64,000 bases of DNA, taken from assembly GCF_009931435.1 (NCBI RefSeq), contig NZ_CP043414.1; one strand, given 5' to 3'. The notes under the pieces are model-generated. The model made no database searches, was not told the origin of the DNA, and worked only from the letters and a program-made list of their open reading frames with translations. This DNA comes from Escherichia coli. Its GTDB lineage: Bacteria; Pseudomonadota; Gammaproteobacteria; Enterobacterales; Enterobacteriaceae. This document shows, piece by piece, positions 33,104-44,400 of this stretch. A program made the translations under genes and the position numbers. Each line of letters opens with the position of its first letter. Position 1 is the stretch's first letter.

Positions 33104-34954
33104 ATGGCCTTATTACAAATTAGTGAACCTGGTTTGAGTGCTGCGCCGCATCAGCGTCGTCTGGCGGCCGGTATTGACCTGGGCACAACCAACTCGCTGG
33201 TGGCGACAGTACGCAGCGGTCAGGCCGAAACGTTAGCCGACCATGAAGGCCGTCACCTGCTGCCCTCTGTTGTTCACTATCAACAGCAGGGGCATTCGGT
33301 GGGTTATGACGCGCGCACTAACGCAGCGCTTGACACCGCCAACACCATTAGTTCTGTTAAACGCCTGATGGGGCGCTCGCTGGCTGATATCCAGCAACGC
33401 TACCCGCATTTGCCTTATCAATTCCAGGCCAGCGAAAACGGCTTGCCGATGATTGAAACAGCAGCGGGATTGCTGAATCCGGTGCGCGTTTCTGCGGACA
33501 TCCTCAAAGCACTGGCGGCGCGGGCAACTGAAGCCCTGGCAGGCGACTTGGATGGTGTCGTTATCACCGTTCCGGCGTACTTTGACGATGCCCAGCGTCA
33601 GGGCACCAAAGACGCGGCGCGTTTGGCTGGGCTGCATGTTCTGCGCTTGCTTAACGAACCGACCGCTGCGGCTATCGCCTACGGACTGGACTCCGGTCAG
33701 GAAGGCGTGATCGCTGTTTATGACCTCGGTGGCGGGACGTTTGATATTTCCATTCTTCGCTTAAGTCGCGGCGTGTTCGAAGTGCTGGCGACCGGCGGTG
33801 ATTCCGCGCTCGGCGGCGATGACTTTGACCATCTGTTAGCAGATTACATTCGCGAACAGGCGGGCATTCCTGACCGTAGCGATAACCGCGTTCAGCGTGA
33901 ACTGCTGGATGCCGCCATTGCGGCCAAAATCGCGCTGAGCGATGCGGACTCTGTGACCGTGAATGTTGCGGGCTGGCAGGGTGAAATCAGCCGTGAACAA
34001 TTCAATGAACTGATCGCGCCATTGGTAAAACGAACCTTACTGGCTTGTCGTCGTGCGCTGAAAGACGCGGGCGTTGAGGCTGACGACGTACTGGAAGTGG
34101 TGATGGTTGGTGGTTCTACCCGCGTGCCGCTGGTGCGTGAACGGGTGGGTGAATTTTTCGGTCGTCCACCGCTGACTTCCATCGACCCGGATAAAGTCGT
34201 CGCTATTGGCGCGGCGATTCAGGCGGATATTCTGGTGGGTAATAAGCCGGACAGCGAAATGCTGTTGCTTGATGTGATCCCGCTGTCGCTGGGCCTGGAA
34301 ACCATGGGCGGCCTGGTGGAGAAAGTGATCCCGCGTAACACCACAATTCCGGTGGCGCGCGCCCAGGATTTCACCACCTTTAAAGATGGTCAGACGGCGA
34401 TGTCTATCCATGTAATGCAGGGTGAGCGTGAGCTGGTGCAGGACTGCCGCTCGCTGGCGCGTTTTGCGCTGCGTGGTATTCCGGCGCTACCGGCTGGCGG
34501 CGCGCATATTCGCGTAACGTTTCAGGTCGATGCTGATGGTCTTTTGAGCGTGACGGCGATGGAGAAATCCACCGGCGTTGAGGCGTCTATTCAGGTTAAA
34601 CCGTCTTATGGTCTGACCGACAGTGAAATCGCTTCGATGATCAAAGACTCAATGAGCTATGCCGAGCAGGACGTAAAAGCCCGTATGCTGGCTGAACAAA
34701 AAGTAGAAGCAGCGCGTGTACTGGAAAGTTTGCACGGCGCGCTGGCTGCTGATGCCGCGCTGTTAAGCGCCGCAGAACGTCAGGTCATTGACGATGCTGC
34801 CGCTCACCTGAGTGAAGTGGCGCAGGGCGATGATGTTGACGCCATCGAACAAGCGATTAAAAACGTAGACAAACAAACCCAGGATTTCGCCGCTCGCCGC
34901 ATGGACCAGTCGGTTCGTCGTGCGCTGAAGGGCCATTCCGTGGACGAGGTTTAA
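33104..34954 (+). CDS. hscA: Hsp70-type chaperone HscA
   Basis: 616 aa from [10 protein letters not shown]; Hsp70 signatures IDLGTTNS and DLGGGTFD. Confidence 0.95.
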   Translation: MALLQISEPGLSAAPHQRRLAAGIDLGTTNSLVATVRSGQAETLADHEGRHLLPSVVHYQQQGHSVGYDARTNAALDTANTISSVKRLMGRSLADIQQRYPHLPYQFQASENGLPMIETAAGLLNPVRVSADILKALAARATEALAGDLDGVVITVPAYFDDAQRQGTKDAARLAGLHVLRLLNEPTAAAIAYGLDSGQEGVIAVYDLGGGTFDISILRLSRGVFEVLATGGDSALGGDDFDHLLADYIREQAGIPDRSDNRVQRELLDAAIAAKIALSDADSVTVNVAGWQGEISREQFNELIAPLVKRTLLACRRALKDAGVEADDVLEVVMVGGSTRVPLVRERVGEFFGRPPLTSIDPDKVVAIGAAIQADILVGNKPDSEMLLLDVIPLSLGLETMGGLVEKVIPRNTTIPVARAQDFTTFKDGQTAMSIHVMQGERELVQDCRSLARFALRGIPALPAGGAHIRVTFQVDADGLLSVTAMEKSTGVEASIQVKPSYGLTDSEIASMIKDSMSYAEQDVKARMLAEQKVEAARVLESLHGALAADAALLSAAERQVIDDAAAHLSEVAQGDDVDAIEQAIKNVDKQTQDFAARRMDQSVRRALKGHSVDEV

Positions 34955-34955
34955 T

Positions 34956-35291
34956 ATGCCAAAGATTGTTATTTTACCTCATCAGGATCTCTGTCCTGAT
35001 GGCGCTGTTCTGGAAGCGAATAGCGGTGAAACCATTCTCGACGTTGCGCTGCGTAACGGCATCGAGATTGAACACGCCTGTGAAAAATCCTGTGCTTGCA
35101 CCACCTGCCACTGCATCGTTCGTGAAGGTTTTGATTCGCTGCCGGAAAGCTCAGAGCAGGAAGACGACATGCTGGACAAAGCCTGGGGGCTGGAGCCGGA
35201 AAGCCGTTTAAGCTGCCAGGCGCGCGTTACCGACGAAGATTTAGTGGTCGAAATTCCGCGTTACACTATCAACCATGCGCGTGAGCATTAA
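34956..35291 (+). CDS. fdx: [2Fe-2S] ferredoxin of the isc operon
   Basis: 111 aa; four-Cys cluster (CxxxxxC xxC ... C). Confidence 0.95.
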
Positions 35292-35302
35292 CAGAGGTTA
35301 GT

Positions 35303-35503
35303 ATGGGACTTAAGTGGACCGATAGCCGCGAAATTGGCGAAGCACTGTACGATGCATATCCCGATCTTGATCCGAAAACGGTTCGATTCACTGATATGCA
35401 TCAGTGGATTTGCGATCTGGAAGATTTCGACGACGACCCGCAGGCGTCCAACGAGAAAATCCTCGAAGCGATTTTATTAGTCTGGCTGGACGAAGCCGAG
35501 TGA
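35303..35503 (+). CDS. iscX: Fe-S assembly protein IscX (YfhJ)
   Basis: 66 aa acidic protein immediately after fdx. Confidence 0.9.
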
Positions 35504-35680
35504 TTTCCGCGTCATGCTTCACGCCGCAGATGCGTTGGCTGCGCTCGTTCACCCCAGTCACATAGTTATCTATGTTCCTGAGGCTTCACTCACTTGCCGC
35601 CTTCCTGCAACGCGAATCATTTAGCGGAAAAATCCTGGGGCTGCCAACTGGTGGCCCTTTTACAAATAAGGATAACTAAA

Positions 35681-36964
35681 ATGACAGAAGCGATGAAGAT
35701 TACCCTCTCGACCCAACCTGCCGACGCGCGCTGGGGAGAAAAAGCAACTTACAGCATTAATAATGACGGCATTACCCTGCATTTGAACGGGGCAGACGAT
35801 CTGGGGCTGATCCAGCGTGCGGCGCGCAAGATTGATGGTCTGGGCATCAAGCATGTTCAGTTAAGCGGTGAAGGCTGGGATGCGGATCGTTGCTGGGCAT
35901 TCTGGCAAGGTTACAAAGCCCCGAAAGGCACGCGTAAAGTGGAGTGGCCGGATCTGGACGATGCCCAGCGTCAGGAACTGGATAACCGCCTGATGATCAT
36001 CGACTGGGTGCGTGACACCATCAACGCACCAGCAGAAGAACTGGGGCCATCGCAACTGGCACAGCGTGCTGTTGATCTGATCAGCAACGTCGCAGGCGAT
36101 CGTGTGACTTACCGGATCACCAAAGGTGAAGATCTGCGCGATCAAGATTATATGGGGCTGCACACTGTCGGGCGTGGTTCAGAACGTTCCCCGGTATTGC
36201 TGGCGCTGGATTACAACCCAACTGGCGATAAAGAAGCGCCGGTGTACGCGTGCCTGGTAGGTAAAGGCATCACCTTTGATTCCGGCGGCTACAGCATCAA
36301 ACAGACCGCGTTTATGGACTCAATGAAGTCTGACATGGGCGGTGCGGCAACGGTTACCGGGGCGCTGGCATTTGCCATTACGCGCGGTCTGAACAAGCGT
36401 GTGAAGCTGTTCCTCTGCTGTGCGGATAACCTGATTAGCGGCAACGCGTTCAAACTGGGCGATATCATTACCTATCGCAACGGTAAAAAAGTCGAAGTCA
36501 TGAACACCGATGCGGAAGGGCGTCTGGTTCTGGCAGATGGCCTGATTGACGCCAGTGCGCAGAAACCGGAACTGATTATCGATGCCGCGACACTCACCGG
36601 GGCGGCGAAAACCGCGCTGGGTAATGATTATCACGCATTGTTCAGTTTTGACGATGCGCTTGCCGGTCGCTTGCTGGCGAGTGCTACACAAGAGAACGAA
36701 CCGTTCTGGCGTCTGCCGCTGGCTGAATTCCACCGCAGCCAGCTGCCATCTAACTTTGCGGAACTGAACAATACCGGAAGCGCGGCGTATCCGGCGGGTG
36801 CAAGTACGGCGGCGGGCTTCCTGTCGCACTTTGTTGAGAACTATAAACAAGGTTGGCTGCATATCGACTGTTCGGCGACTTACCGTAAAGCACCAGTTGA
36901 ACAGTGGTCTGCGGGTGCGACCGGGCTGGGTGTGCGCACGATTGCTAATCTGTTAACGGCGTAA
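35681..36964 (+). CDS. pepB: Peptidase B (M17 leucyl aminopeptidase family)
   Basis: 427 aa from [10 protein letters not shown] (AAGGA RBS); M17 signature NTDAEGRL. Confidence 0.9.
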   Translation: MTEAMKITLSTQPADARWGEKATYSINNDGITLHLNGADDLGLIQRAARKIDGLGIKHVQLSGEGWDADRCWAFWQGYKAPKGTRKVEWPDLDDAQRQELDNRLMIIDWVRDTINAPAEELGPSQLAQRAVDLISNVAGDRVTYRITKGEDLRDQDYMGLHTVGRGSERSPVLLALDYNPTGDKEAPVYACLVGKGITFDSGGYSIKQTAFMDSMKSDMGGAATVTGALAFAITRGLNKRVKLFLCCADNLISGNAFKLGDIITYRNGKKVEVMNTDAEGRLVLADGLIDASAQKPELIIDAATLTGAAKTALGNDYHALFSFDDALAGRLLASATQENEPFWRLPLAEFHRSQLPSNFAELNNTGSAAYPAGASTAAGFLSHFVENYKQGWLHIDCSATYRKAPVEQWSAGATGLGVRTIANLLTA

Positions 36965-36970
36965 ACTAAT

Positions 36971-37075
<105 letters not shown>

Positions 37076-37106
37076 TGCCCCGAACGTTGAATGAATTGTG
37101 GTTCTT

Positions 37107-37883
37107 ATGTCCGAAACAAAAAACGAACTTGAAGACCTGCTGGAAAAAGCAGCAACCGAACCGGCGCACCGCCCGGCCTTTTTCCGTACTCTACTGGAAT
37201 CCACTGTCTGGGTACCAGGTACGGCGGCGCAGGGCGAGGCAGTGGCTGAAGATAGCGCGCTTGATTTACAGCACTGGGAAAAAGAAGATGGCACCAGCGT
37301 TATTCCTTTTTTTACCTCGTTAGAAGCACTTCAACAGGCGGTTGAAGACGAACAGGCATTTGTCGTAATGCCCGTTCGCACATTGTTTGAGATGACCCTT
37401 GGCGAAACGCTCTTCCTTAATGCCAAACTGCCAACCGGTAAAGAATTTATGCCGCGTGAAATCAGTTTGCTGATTGGTGAAGAAGGGAATCCGCTGAGCA
37501 GTCAGGAAGTACTGGAAGGCGGTGAATCGCTGATATTATCGGAGGTCGCAGAGCCGCCAGCACAAATGATTGATTCACTTACCACCTTATTTAAAACCAT
37601 TAAGCCGGTGAAGCGTGCTTTTATTTGTTCAATTAAAGAGAACGAAGAGGCACAGCCTAATTTACTTATTGGCATTGAAGCTGATGGCGATATCGAAGAA
37701 ATTATTCAGGCGGCGGGAAGTGTAGCGACCGATACATTACCTGGTGATGAACCAATCGATATTTGCCAGGTGAAAAAAGGGGAAAAAGGAATTAGCCACT
37801 TTATTACCGAACATATTGCGCCATTCTATGAACGTCGCTGGGGTGGATTCCTGCGTGATTTTAAACAAAATCGGATAATTTAA
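37107..37883 (+). CDS. sseB: Serine sensitivity enhancing protein SseB
   Basis: 258 aa from MSETKNELEDLLEKAA; K-12 synteny. Confidence 0.8.
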   Translation: MSETKNELEDLLEKAATEPAHRPAFFRTLLESTVWVPGTAAQGEAVAEDSALDLQHWEKEDGTSVIPFFTSLEALQQAVEDEQAFVVMPVRTLFEMTLGETLFLNAKLPTGKEFMPREISLLIGEEGNPLSSQEVLEGGESLILSEVAEPPAQMIDSLTTLFKTIKPVKRAFICSIKENEEAQPNLLIGIEADGDIEEIIQAAGSVATDTLPGDEPIDICQVKKGEKGISHFITEHIAPFYERRWGGFLRDFKQNRII

Positions 37884-37889
37884 AATATG

Positions 37890-38372
37890 CCGCCCAAAGG
37901 GCGGCATTCGGGCTTACTTGCTGTTCTGAAGGTTGTTAACCATCAGTAAATTGTTGCCGGAGGGACTCCGGTTATTATTTACCTCGGTTAACAGCGCACC
38001 AGAAACAATAAGTACGATACAGAAGTACCGTATCTTCATTGTGCGGTCCATGCGAAGACCGCATCACGACAGCACCACTGGCGATATTGCCGCGATAGCA
38101 AGCGCTGTGGGGTGCCTGCATTTACGGTCATGGAACATCCTTTCCTAAAGCCAGCGCCCGTTTGCGAGACGGCGAAAAGGGCCGTCACGAATAATACTCT
38201 CATATTTGAATAATTACTCTATTTATTATCTTGACTTGGCCAGGCATAAAAGAGAGTATTTCAACACTGTGGGGTGCCTGCGTTGCTCCGGCAACACAAG
38301 TCAACCTGCTGGAAAGGCCGCGAACCAGACCAGCAATAAAAAACCGCCAAATTCGGCGGTTTTTTATTGCCT
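37890..38372. ncRNA. ryfA: sseB-sseA intergenic region corresponding to the K-12 ryfA sRNA locus (strand and boundaries not resolved)
   Basis: About 490 bp non-coding gap in the K-12 ryfA position; hairpins near both ends (about 37887-37915 and 38340-38372) and the motif ctgtggggtgcctgc present twice (about 38104 and 38268). Confidence 0.35.
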
Positions 38373-38381
38373 GTAAAAAGC

Positions 38382-39227
38382 TTATTTCAATGGCTCAACC
38401 GGTAAATCTGCCCGTGCGCCCCATTCACTCCATGCGCCGTCGTACAGTTTCACGTTTGGCACATCCAGCGTCGCGAGTGCCAACAAAACCACGGCTGCCG
38501 TTACACCAGAACCGCAGCTGACGATAATTGGTTTGTCGTAGCTGACACCGCGACCAAAAAATATCGCATCCAGTTCATCGGTCGTTTTTAGTTCGCCTTC
38601 ACGGACCAGTTCCGTCCACGGAACGTTCAATGCACCGGGAATATGTCCGCGACGTAAACCTGGGCGAGGTTCATCAACTTCTGCGTTAAAACGTGTAGCC
38701 GGGCGGGCATCAATAATTTGCGCCGTATTTTCATGGCTTGCCAATAATACATCGGTTACTTTCACCACGGCTTCAGGATTAAACGCGGCGTTAAACTCTC
38801 CTTCCGGCAGCTCTACTGCGCCTTCTTCTAATAGCAGATCATCACGCTGCCAGCCTGCAAGTCCACCACCCAGAATCGACACTTTCTCTACACCAAAGGT
38901 GCGCAGCATCCACCATGCGCGTGGGGCTGAGAAAAGATTACCTTCGTCATAGACAATCAGGTGCTTATCCTGGTTAACGCCTAACTCACGCATCGCCACG
39001 GCGAACGTTTCCGGGCGCGGCAGCATGTGCGGAAGCGGGGAAGTGTGATCAGAAAGCGCTTCGATATCGAAAAACACTGCGCCGGGAATATGTCCATTCA
39101 GATACTCCTGGGCAACGTTACGATCTTCCTGTCCAGGCGGTGCCATGCGGGCATCGATAATCTGAATTTCCGGGTCATCAATATGTTCGGCGAGCCAGTC
39201 GGCTCCTACAAACCATGTCGTGGACAT
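38382..39227 (-). CDS. sseA: 3-mercaptopyruvate sulfurtransferase
   Basis: 281 aa from MSTTWFVGADWL; tandem rhodanese domains with active-site CGSGVTA. Confidence 0.9.
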   Translation of the reverse strand: MSTTWFVGADWLAEHIDDPEIQIIDARMAPPGQEDRNVAQEYLNGHIPGAVFFDIEALSDHTSPLPHMLPRPETFAVAMRELGVNQDKHLIVYDEGNLFSAPRAWWMLRTFGVEKVSILGGGLAGWQRDDLLLEEGAVELPEGEFNAAFNPEAVVKVTDVLLASHENTAQIIDARPATRFNAEVDEPRPGLRRGHIPGALNVPWTELVREGELKTTDELDAIFFGRGVSYDKPIIVSCGSGVTAAVVLLALATLDVPNVKLYDGAWSEWGARADLPVEPLK

Positions 39228-39432
39228 AGGCATCTCCATTTTTGCCGGGTTAGGCTAAATTGTCGGATGTTTAGTGAAAAGCGACAAGCAAAAGAGGCTG
39301 ATTTGGCTGTCTGAGCCACAATTCTCACTAAAATTCGGATTCCATGGGCGCGATACTGAATTACATAACGTAAATTCTCACGCATAATAATTATTCGACG
39401 TTGCTAACGGGCCATTGTGGCAGGGATGAAAA

Positions 39433-42400
39433 ATGAAAAAGTTACGCGTAGCCGCCTGCATGCTAATGCTGGCGCTGGCAGGGTGCGACAACGACAACAA
39501 CGATAACGCGCCAACAGCGGTGAAAAAAGATGCACCTTCTGAAGTTACTAAAGCGGCATCTTCAGAAAACGCGAGTTCAGCAAAACTCTCTGCACCGGAG
39601 CGACAAAAACTGGCACAACAGAGTGCCGGTAAGGCGCTGACATTGCTGGATCTCTCTGAAGTCCAACTCGATGGCGCAGCCACGCTGGTGCTGACCTTCT
39701 CTATCCCTCTCGACCCGGATCAGGATTTCTCGCGCGTTATTCACGTCGTTGATAAAAAAAGCGGCAAAGTGGATGGGGCCTGGGAGCTGTCAGATAATCT
39801 TAAAGAGCTGCGTTTACGCCACCTCGAGCCGAAACGTGATTTGATCGTTACTATTGGCAAGGAGGTCAAGGCACTCAACAACGCAACCTTCAGTAAAGAT
39901 TACGAAAAAACTATAACTACCCGCGATATCCAGCCCAGCGTCGGTTTTGCCAGCCGTGGTTCGCTGCTGCCTGGAAAAGTCATTGAAGGGCTGCCGGTAA
40001 TGGCGCTCAATGTTAACAATGTCGATGTTAACTTCTTCCGTGTTAAGCCAGAATCTCTGCCAGCATTTATTAGCCAATGGGAATACCGAAATTCGCTGGC
40101 GAACTGGCAGTCAGACAAACTGCTGCAAATGGCGGATCTGGTTTATACCGGACGTTTTGATCTCAATCCTGCGCGTAACACCCGTGAAAAATTATTGCTG
40201 CCGCTGGGTGATATCAAACCGCTTCAGCAGGCGGGTGTGTATCTGGCTGTGATGAATCAGGCTGGACGTTACGATTACAGTAATCCCGCGACGCTGTTTA
40301 CATTAAGTGATATCGGCGTATCGGCCCACCGTTATCACAATCGTCTGGATATCTTTACCCAAAGCCTGGAAAACGGCGCGGCCCAGCAAGGAGTTGAAGT
40401 CTCATTATTAAATGAGAAAGGGCAGACTCTGACTCAGGCAACCAGTGATGCCCAGGGGCATGTGCAGCTGGAAAATGATAAAAACGCGGCATTACTGTTG
40501 GCGCGTAAAGACGGTCAGACAACGCTACTCGATTTAAAACTTCCGGCGCTGGACTTAGCAGAATTTAACATTGCTGGCGCGCCAGGCTATAACAAACAGT
40601 TTTTCATGTTTGGCCCGCGCGATCTTTATCGCCCGGGTGAAACAGTCATCCTTAATGGTTTATTGCGTGATGCAGACGGTAAAGCGTTGCCCGATCAACC
40701 CATCAAGCTGGACGTAATTAAACCCGACGGGCAGGTACTCAGGAGCGTCGTTAGTCAGCCGGAGAATGGCCTCTATCACTTTACGTGGCCACTCGATAGT
40801 AATGCGGCCACCGGCATGTGGCATATCCGAGCCAATACGGGCGATAACCAGTATCGGATGTGGGATTTCCACGTCGAAGATTTTATGCCAGAGCGTATGG
40901 CGCTGAATCTGACCGGTGAGAAAACCCCGCTAACGCCGAAAGATGAAGTGAAATTCTCCGTGGTGGGTTACTACCTGTACGGGGCGCCTGCTAATGGTAA
41001 TACTTTGCAAGGGCAACTTTTCCTGCGCCCACTGCGTGAAGCTGTGTCAGCCTTACCTGGTTTCGAATTCGGCGATATAGCTGCTGAAAACCTTTCGCGC
41101 ACGCTGGATGAAGTTCAGTTGACGCTGGATGATAAAGGGCGCGGCGAAGTTTCTACAGAAAGCCAGTGGAAGGAAACGCATTCCCCATTACAGGTTATTT
41201 TCCAGGGCAGTTTGCTGGAGTCTGGCGGTCGCCCGGTGACGCGCCGTGCTGAGCAGGCTATCTGGCCTGCCGATGCATTGCCGGGGATCCGTCCGCAATT
41301 CGCCTCGAAATCGGTTTACGATTATCGCACTGACAGTACGGTAAAACAGCCCATTGTTGATGAAGGCAGTAACGCCGCTTTCGACATCGTTTATAGCGAT
41401 GCACAGGGCGTCAAAAAAGCTGTGTCTGGCTTACAAGTGCGCCTGATTCGCGAACGCCGCGATTACTACTGGAACTGGTCAGAAGATGAAGGCTGGCAGT
41501 CACAGTTTGATCAAAAAGATCTGATCGAAAATGAACAAACACTGGATCTTCAGGCTGATGAAACCGGTAAAGTCAGTTTCCCGGTAGAGTGGGGCGCTTA
41601 TCGTCTGGAAGTCAAAGCGCCGAATGAAGCGGTCAGTAGTGTGCGTTTCTGGGCTGGCTATAGCTGGCAGGACAATAGCGACGGTAGCGGTGCTGTGCGA
41701 CCAGACCGTGTCACGCTGAAACTGGATAAAGCCAGTTATCGCCCTGGTGATACCATTAAGTTGCACATTGCCGCACCAACGGCGGGTAAAGGCTATGCGA
41801 TGGTCGAGTCCAGTGAAGGGCCGCTGTGGTGGCAGGAGATTGATGTTCCGGCACAAGGGCTGGATCTGACGATTCCGGTCGATAAAACCTGGAATCGTCA
41901 TGATCTTTATTTAAGTACGCTGGTGGTACGTCCTGGCGATAAATCTCGCTCCGCGACGCCAAAACGCGCAGTTGGCGTGTTGCATTTGCCGCTTGGCGAT
42001 GAAAACCGTCGTCTCGATCTGGCGCTGGAAACTCCAGCGAAAATACGCCCCAATCAGCCATTAACCGTGAAAATTAAAGCCAGCAATAAAAATGGTGAGA
42101 TGCCAAAACAGGTGAATGTGCTGGTGTCTGCGGTTGATAGCGGTGTGTTGAATATTACTGATTATGTCACGCCAGATCCGTGGCAGGCATTCTTTGGTCA
42201 GAAACGCTATGGCGCAGATATTTACGATATTTACGGTCAGGTCATTGAAGGTCAGGGGCGTCTGGCAGCTCTGCGTTTTGGTGGCGATGGTGATGAACTG
42301 AAACGCGGTGGTAAACCGCCAGTAAATCACGTCAATATTGTTGCGCAACAGGCGCTACCGGTAACACTCAACGAACAGGGCGAAGGCACGGTTACATTGC

Positions 42401-44400
42401 CGATTGGTGATTTTAACGGTGAATTGCGCGTCATGGCACAAGCATGGACGGCAGATGATTTCGGTAGCAACGAAAGCAAAGTGGTTGTTGCCGCACCGGT
42501 GATAGCAGAACTGAATATGCCGCGCTTTATGGCCAGCGGTGACACCTCACGTCTGACGCTGGATATCACTAATCTTACCGATAAACCGCAAAAACTGAAC
42601 GTTGCTCTGACCGCCAGTGGCTTGCTTGAACTGGTTAGCGATTCACCCGCAGCCGTTGAATTAGCGCCGGGCGTGCGAACCACGCTGTTTATCCCGGTGC
42701 GAGCATTGCCGGGTTATGGTGATGGTGAAATTCAGGCCACTATTAGCGGGTTAGCGTTACCGGGCGAAACCGCTGCCGATCAGCATAAGCAGTGGAAAAT
42801 GGGTGTCCGTCCGGCATTTCCGGCACAAACCGTCAATTACGGTACGGCGTTGCAGCCTGGTGAGACATGGGCGATTCCAGCTGATGGATTGCAAAACTTC
42901 TCGCCTGTTACGCTGGAAGGGCAATTGTTGTTGAGCGGCAAACCACCGTTGAATATTGCACGTTATATCAAAGAGTTAAAAGCGTATCCGTACGGTTGTC
43001 TGGAGCAAACCGCCAGCGGCCTGTTCCCGTCACTTTACACCAACGCAGCCCAACTGCAGGCGTTGGGAATCAAAGGCGACAGTGATGAGAAGCGCCGTAC
43101 GGCAGTCGATATCGGCATTTCTCGTTTACTGCAAATGCAACGTGATAACGGTGGCTTTGCGCTGTGGGATAAAAACGGTGATGAAGAGTACTGGCTGACG
43201 GCTTACGTGATGGATTTTCTGGTCCGCGCAGGTGAGCAGGGTTACAGCGTGCCGACAGAAGCCATTAACCGGGGGAATGAGCGTCTACTGCGCTATTTAC
43301 AAGATCCGGGCATGATGTCGATTCCGTATGCGGATAATCTCAAAGCCAGTAAATTCGCCGTACAGTCTTACGCTGCGCTGGTGCTGGCCCGTCAGCAAAA
43401 GGCACCGCTGGGTGCGCTGCGTGAAATCTGGGAGCATCGTGCCGATGCTGCGTCTGGATTACCGCTGCTGCAACTTGGCGTTGCGCTGAAAACCATGGGC
43501 GATGCAACGCGTGGTGAAGAAGCGATTGTGCTGGCGCTGAAAACGCCGCGCAATAGTGATGAGCGGATATGGCTGGGTGATTACGGAAGTCCACTGCGCG
43601 ACAACGCATTGATGCTCTCCTTGCTGGAAGAGAACAAATTGCTACCCGATGAGCAGTACCCTCTGCTGAACACACTTTCGCAGCAGGCGTTCGGTGAACG
43701 CTGGTTATCAACTCAGGAAAGTAACGCGCTGTTCCTGGCTGCCCGTACGATTCAGGATTTACCGGGCAAATGGCAGGCGCAAACGTCTTTCTCTGCTGAG
43801 CTGCTGACAGGTGAGAAAGCGCAAACCAGCAATCTGAATAGCGATCAACTTGCCACCTTACAGGTGACCAACAGTGGCGATCAGCCGTTATGGCTGCGTG
43901 TGGATGCCAGCGGATATCCGCAATCCGCCCCTTTACCGGCGAGCAATGTGCTGCAAATCGAGCGCCATATTCTTGGCACTGACGGTAAGAGCAAATCGCT
44001 GGATTCGTTACGTAGCGGCGATCTGGTACTGGTCTGGTTGCAGGTCAAAGCCAGTAACAGCGTGCCGGATGCTTTGGTCGTTGATTTACTGCCTGCTGGC
44101 CTGGAACTGGAAAACCAGAACCTGGCTAACGGCAGCGCCAGCCTGGAGCAAAGTGGTAGCGAAGTGCAAAACCTACTCAGTCAAATGCAACAAGCGAACA
44201 TTAAGCATATTGAGTTTCGTGACGATCGCTTTGTGGCGGCGGTTGCCGTTGATGAATATCAACCAGTCACGCTGGTGTATCTGGCGCGGGCGGTAACGCC
44301 GGGAACATACAATGTTCCGCAACCAATGGTGGAATCGATGTATGTTCCCCACTGGCGGGCGACTGGCGCGGCTGAAGATCTGTTGATTGTCAGACCGTAA
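39433..44400 (+). CDS. yfhM: Alpha-2-macroglobulin family lipoprotein
   Basis: 1655 aa; lipoprotein signal LALAGC; thioester motif CLEQ within YGCLEQTASG. Confidence 0.9.
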   Translation: MKKLRVAACMLMLALAGCDNDNNDNAPTAVKKDAPSEVTKAASSENASSAKLSAPERQKLAQQSAGKALTLLDLSEVQLDGAATLVLTFSIPLDPDQDFSRVIHVVDKKSGKVDGAWELSDNLKELRLRHLEPKRDLIVTIGKEVKALNNATFSKDYEKTITTRDIQPSVGFASRGSLLPGKVIEGLPVMALNVNNVDVNFFRVKPESLPAFISQWEYRNSLANWQSDKLLQMADLVYTGRFDLNPARNTREKLLLPLGDIKPLQQAGVYLAVMNQAGRYDYSNPATLFTLSDIGVSAHRYHNRLDIFTQSLENGAAQQGVEVSLLNEKGQTLTQATSDAQGHVQLENDKNAALLLARKDGQTTLLDLKLPALDLAEFNIAGAPGYNKQFFMFGPRDLYRPGETVILNGLLRDADGKALPDQPIKLDVIKPDGQVLRSVVSQPENGLYHFTWPLDSNAATGMWHIRANTGDNQYRMWDFHVEDFMPERMALNLTGEKTPLTPKDEVKFSVVGYYLYGAPANGNTLQGQLFLRPLREAVSALPGFEFGDIAAENLSRTLDEVQLTLDDKGRGEVSTESQWKETHSPLQVIFQGSLLESGGRPVTRRAEQAIWPADALPGIRPQFASKSVYDYRTDSTVKQPIVDEGSNAAFDIVYSDAQGVKKAVSGLQVRLIRERRDYYWNWSEDEGWQSQFDQKDLIENEQTLDLQADETGKVSFPVEWGAYRLEVKAPNEAVSSVRFWAGYSWQDNSDGSGAVRPDRVTLKLDKASYRPGDTIKLHIAAPTAGKGYAMVESSEGPLWWQEIDVPAQGLDLTIPVDKTWNRHDLYLSTLVVRPGDKSRSATPKRAVGVLHLPLGDENRRLDLALETPAKIRPNQPLTVKIKASNKNGEMPKQVNVLVSAVDSGVLNITDYVTPDPWQAFFGQKRYGADIYDIYGQVIEGQGRLAALRFGGDGDELKRGGKPPVNHVNIVAQQALPVTLNEQGEGTVTLPIGDFNGELRVMAQAWTADDFGSNESKVVVAAPVIAELNMPRFMASGDTSRLTLDITNLTDKPQKLNVALTASGLLELVSDSPAAVELAPGVRTTLFIPVRALPGYGDGEIQATISGLALPGETAADQHKQWKMGVRPAFPAQTVNYGTALQPGETWAIPADGLQNFSPVTLEGQLLLSGKPPLNIARYIKELKAYPYGCLEQTASGLFPSLYTNAAQLQALGIKGDSDEKRRTAVDIGISRLLQMQRDNGGFALWDKNGDEEYWLTAYVMDFLVRAGEQGYSVPTEAINRGNERLLRYLQDPGMMSIPYADNLKASKFAVQSYAALVLARQQKAPLGALREIWEHRADAASGLPLLQLGVALKTMGDATRGEEAIVLALKTPRNSDERIWLGDYGSPLRDNALMLSLLEENKLLPDEQYPLLNTLSQQAFGERWLSTQESNALFLAARTIQDLPGKWQAQTSFSAELLTGEKAQTSNLNSDQLATLQVTNSGDQPLWLRVDASGYPQSAPLPASNVLQIERHILGTDGKSKSLDSLRSGDLVLVWLQVKASNSVPDALVVDLLPAGLELENQNLANGSASLEQSGSEVQNLLSQMQQANIKHIEFRDDRFVAAVAVDEYQPVTLVYLARAVTPGTYNVPQPMVESMYVPHWRATGAAEDLLIVRP

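Noticed and set aside
37933-38148. 71-aa plus-strand ORF in the sseB-sseA spacer
   Set aside because: No RBS and no recognisable features; the region is better explained as the ryfA sRNA locus. The minus-strand small ORF is kept as a low-confidence finding instead.
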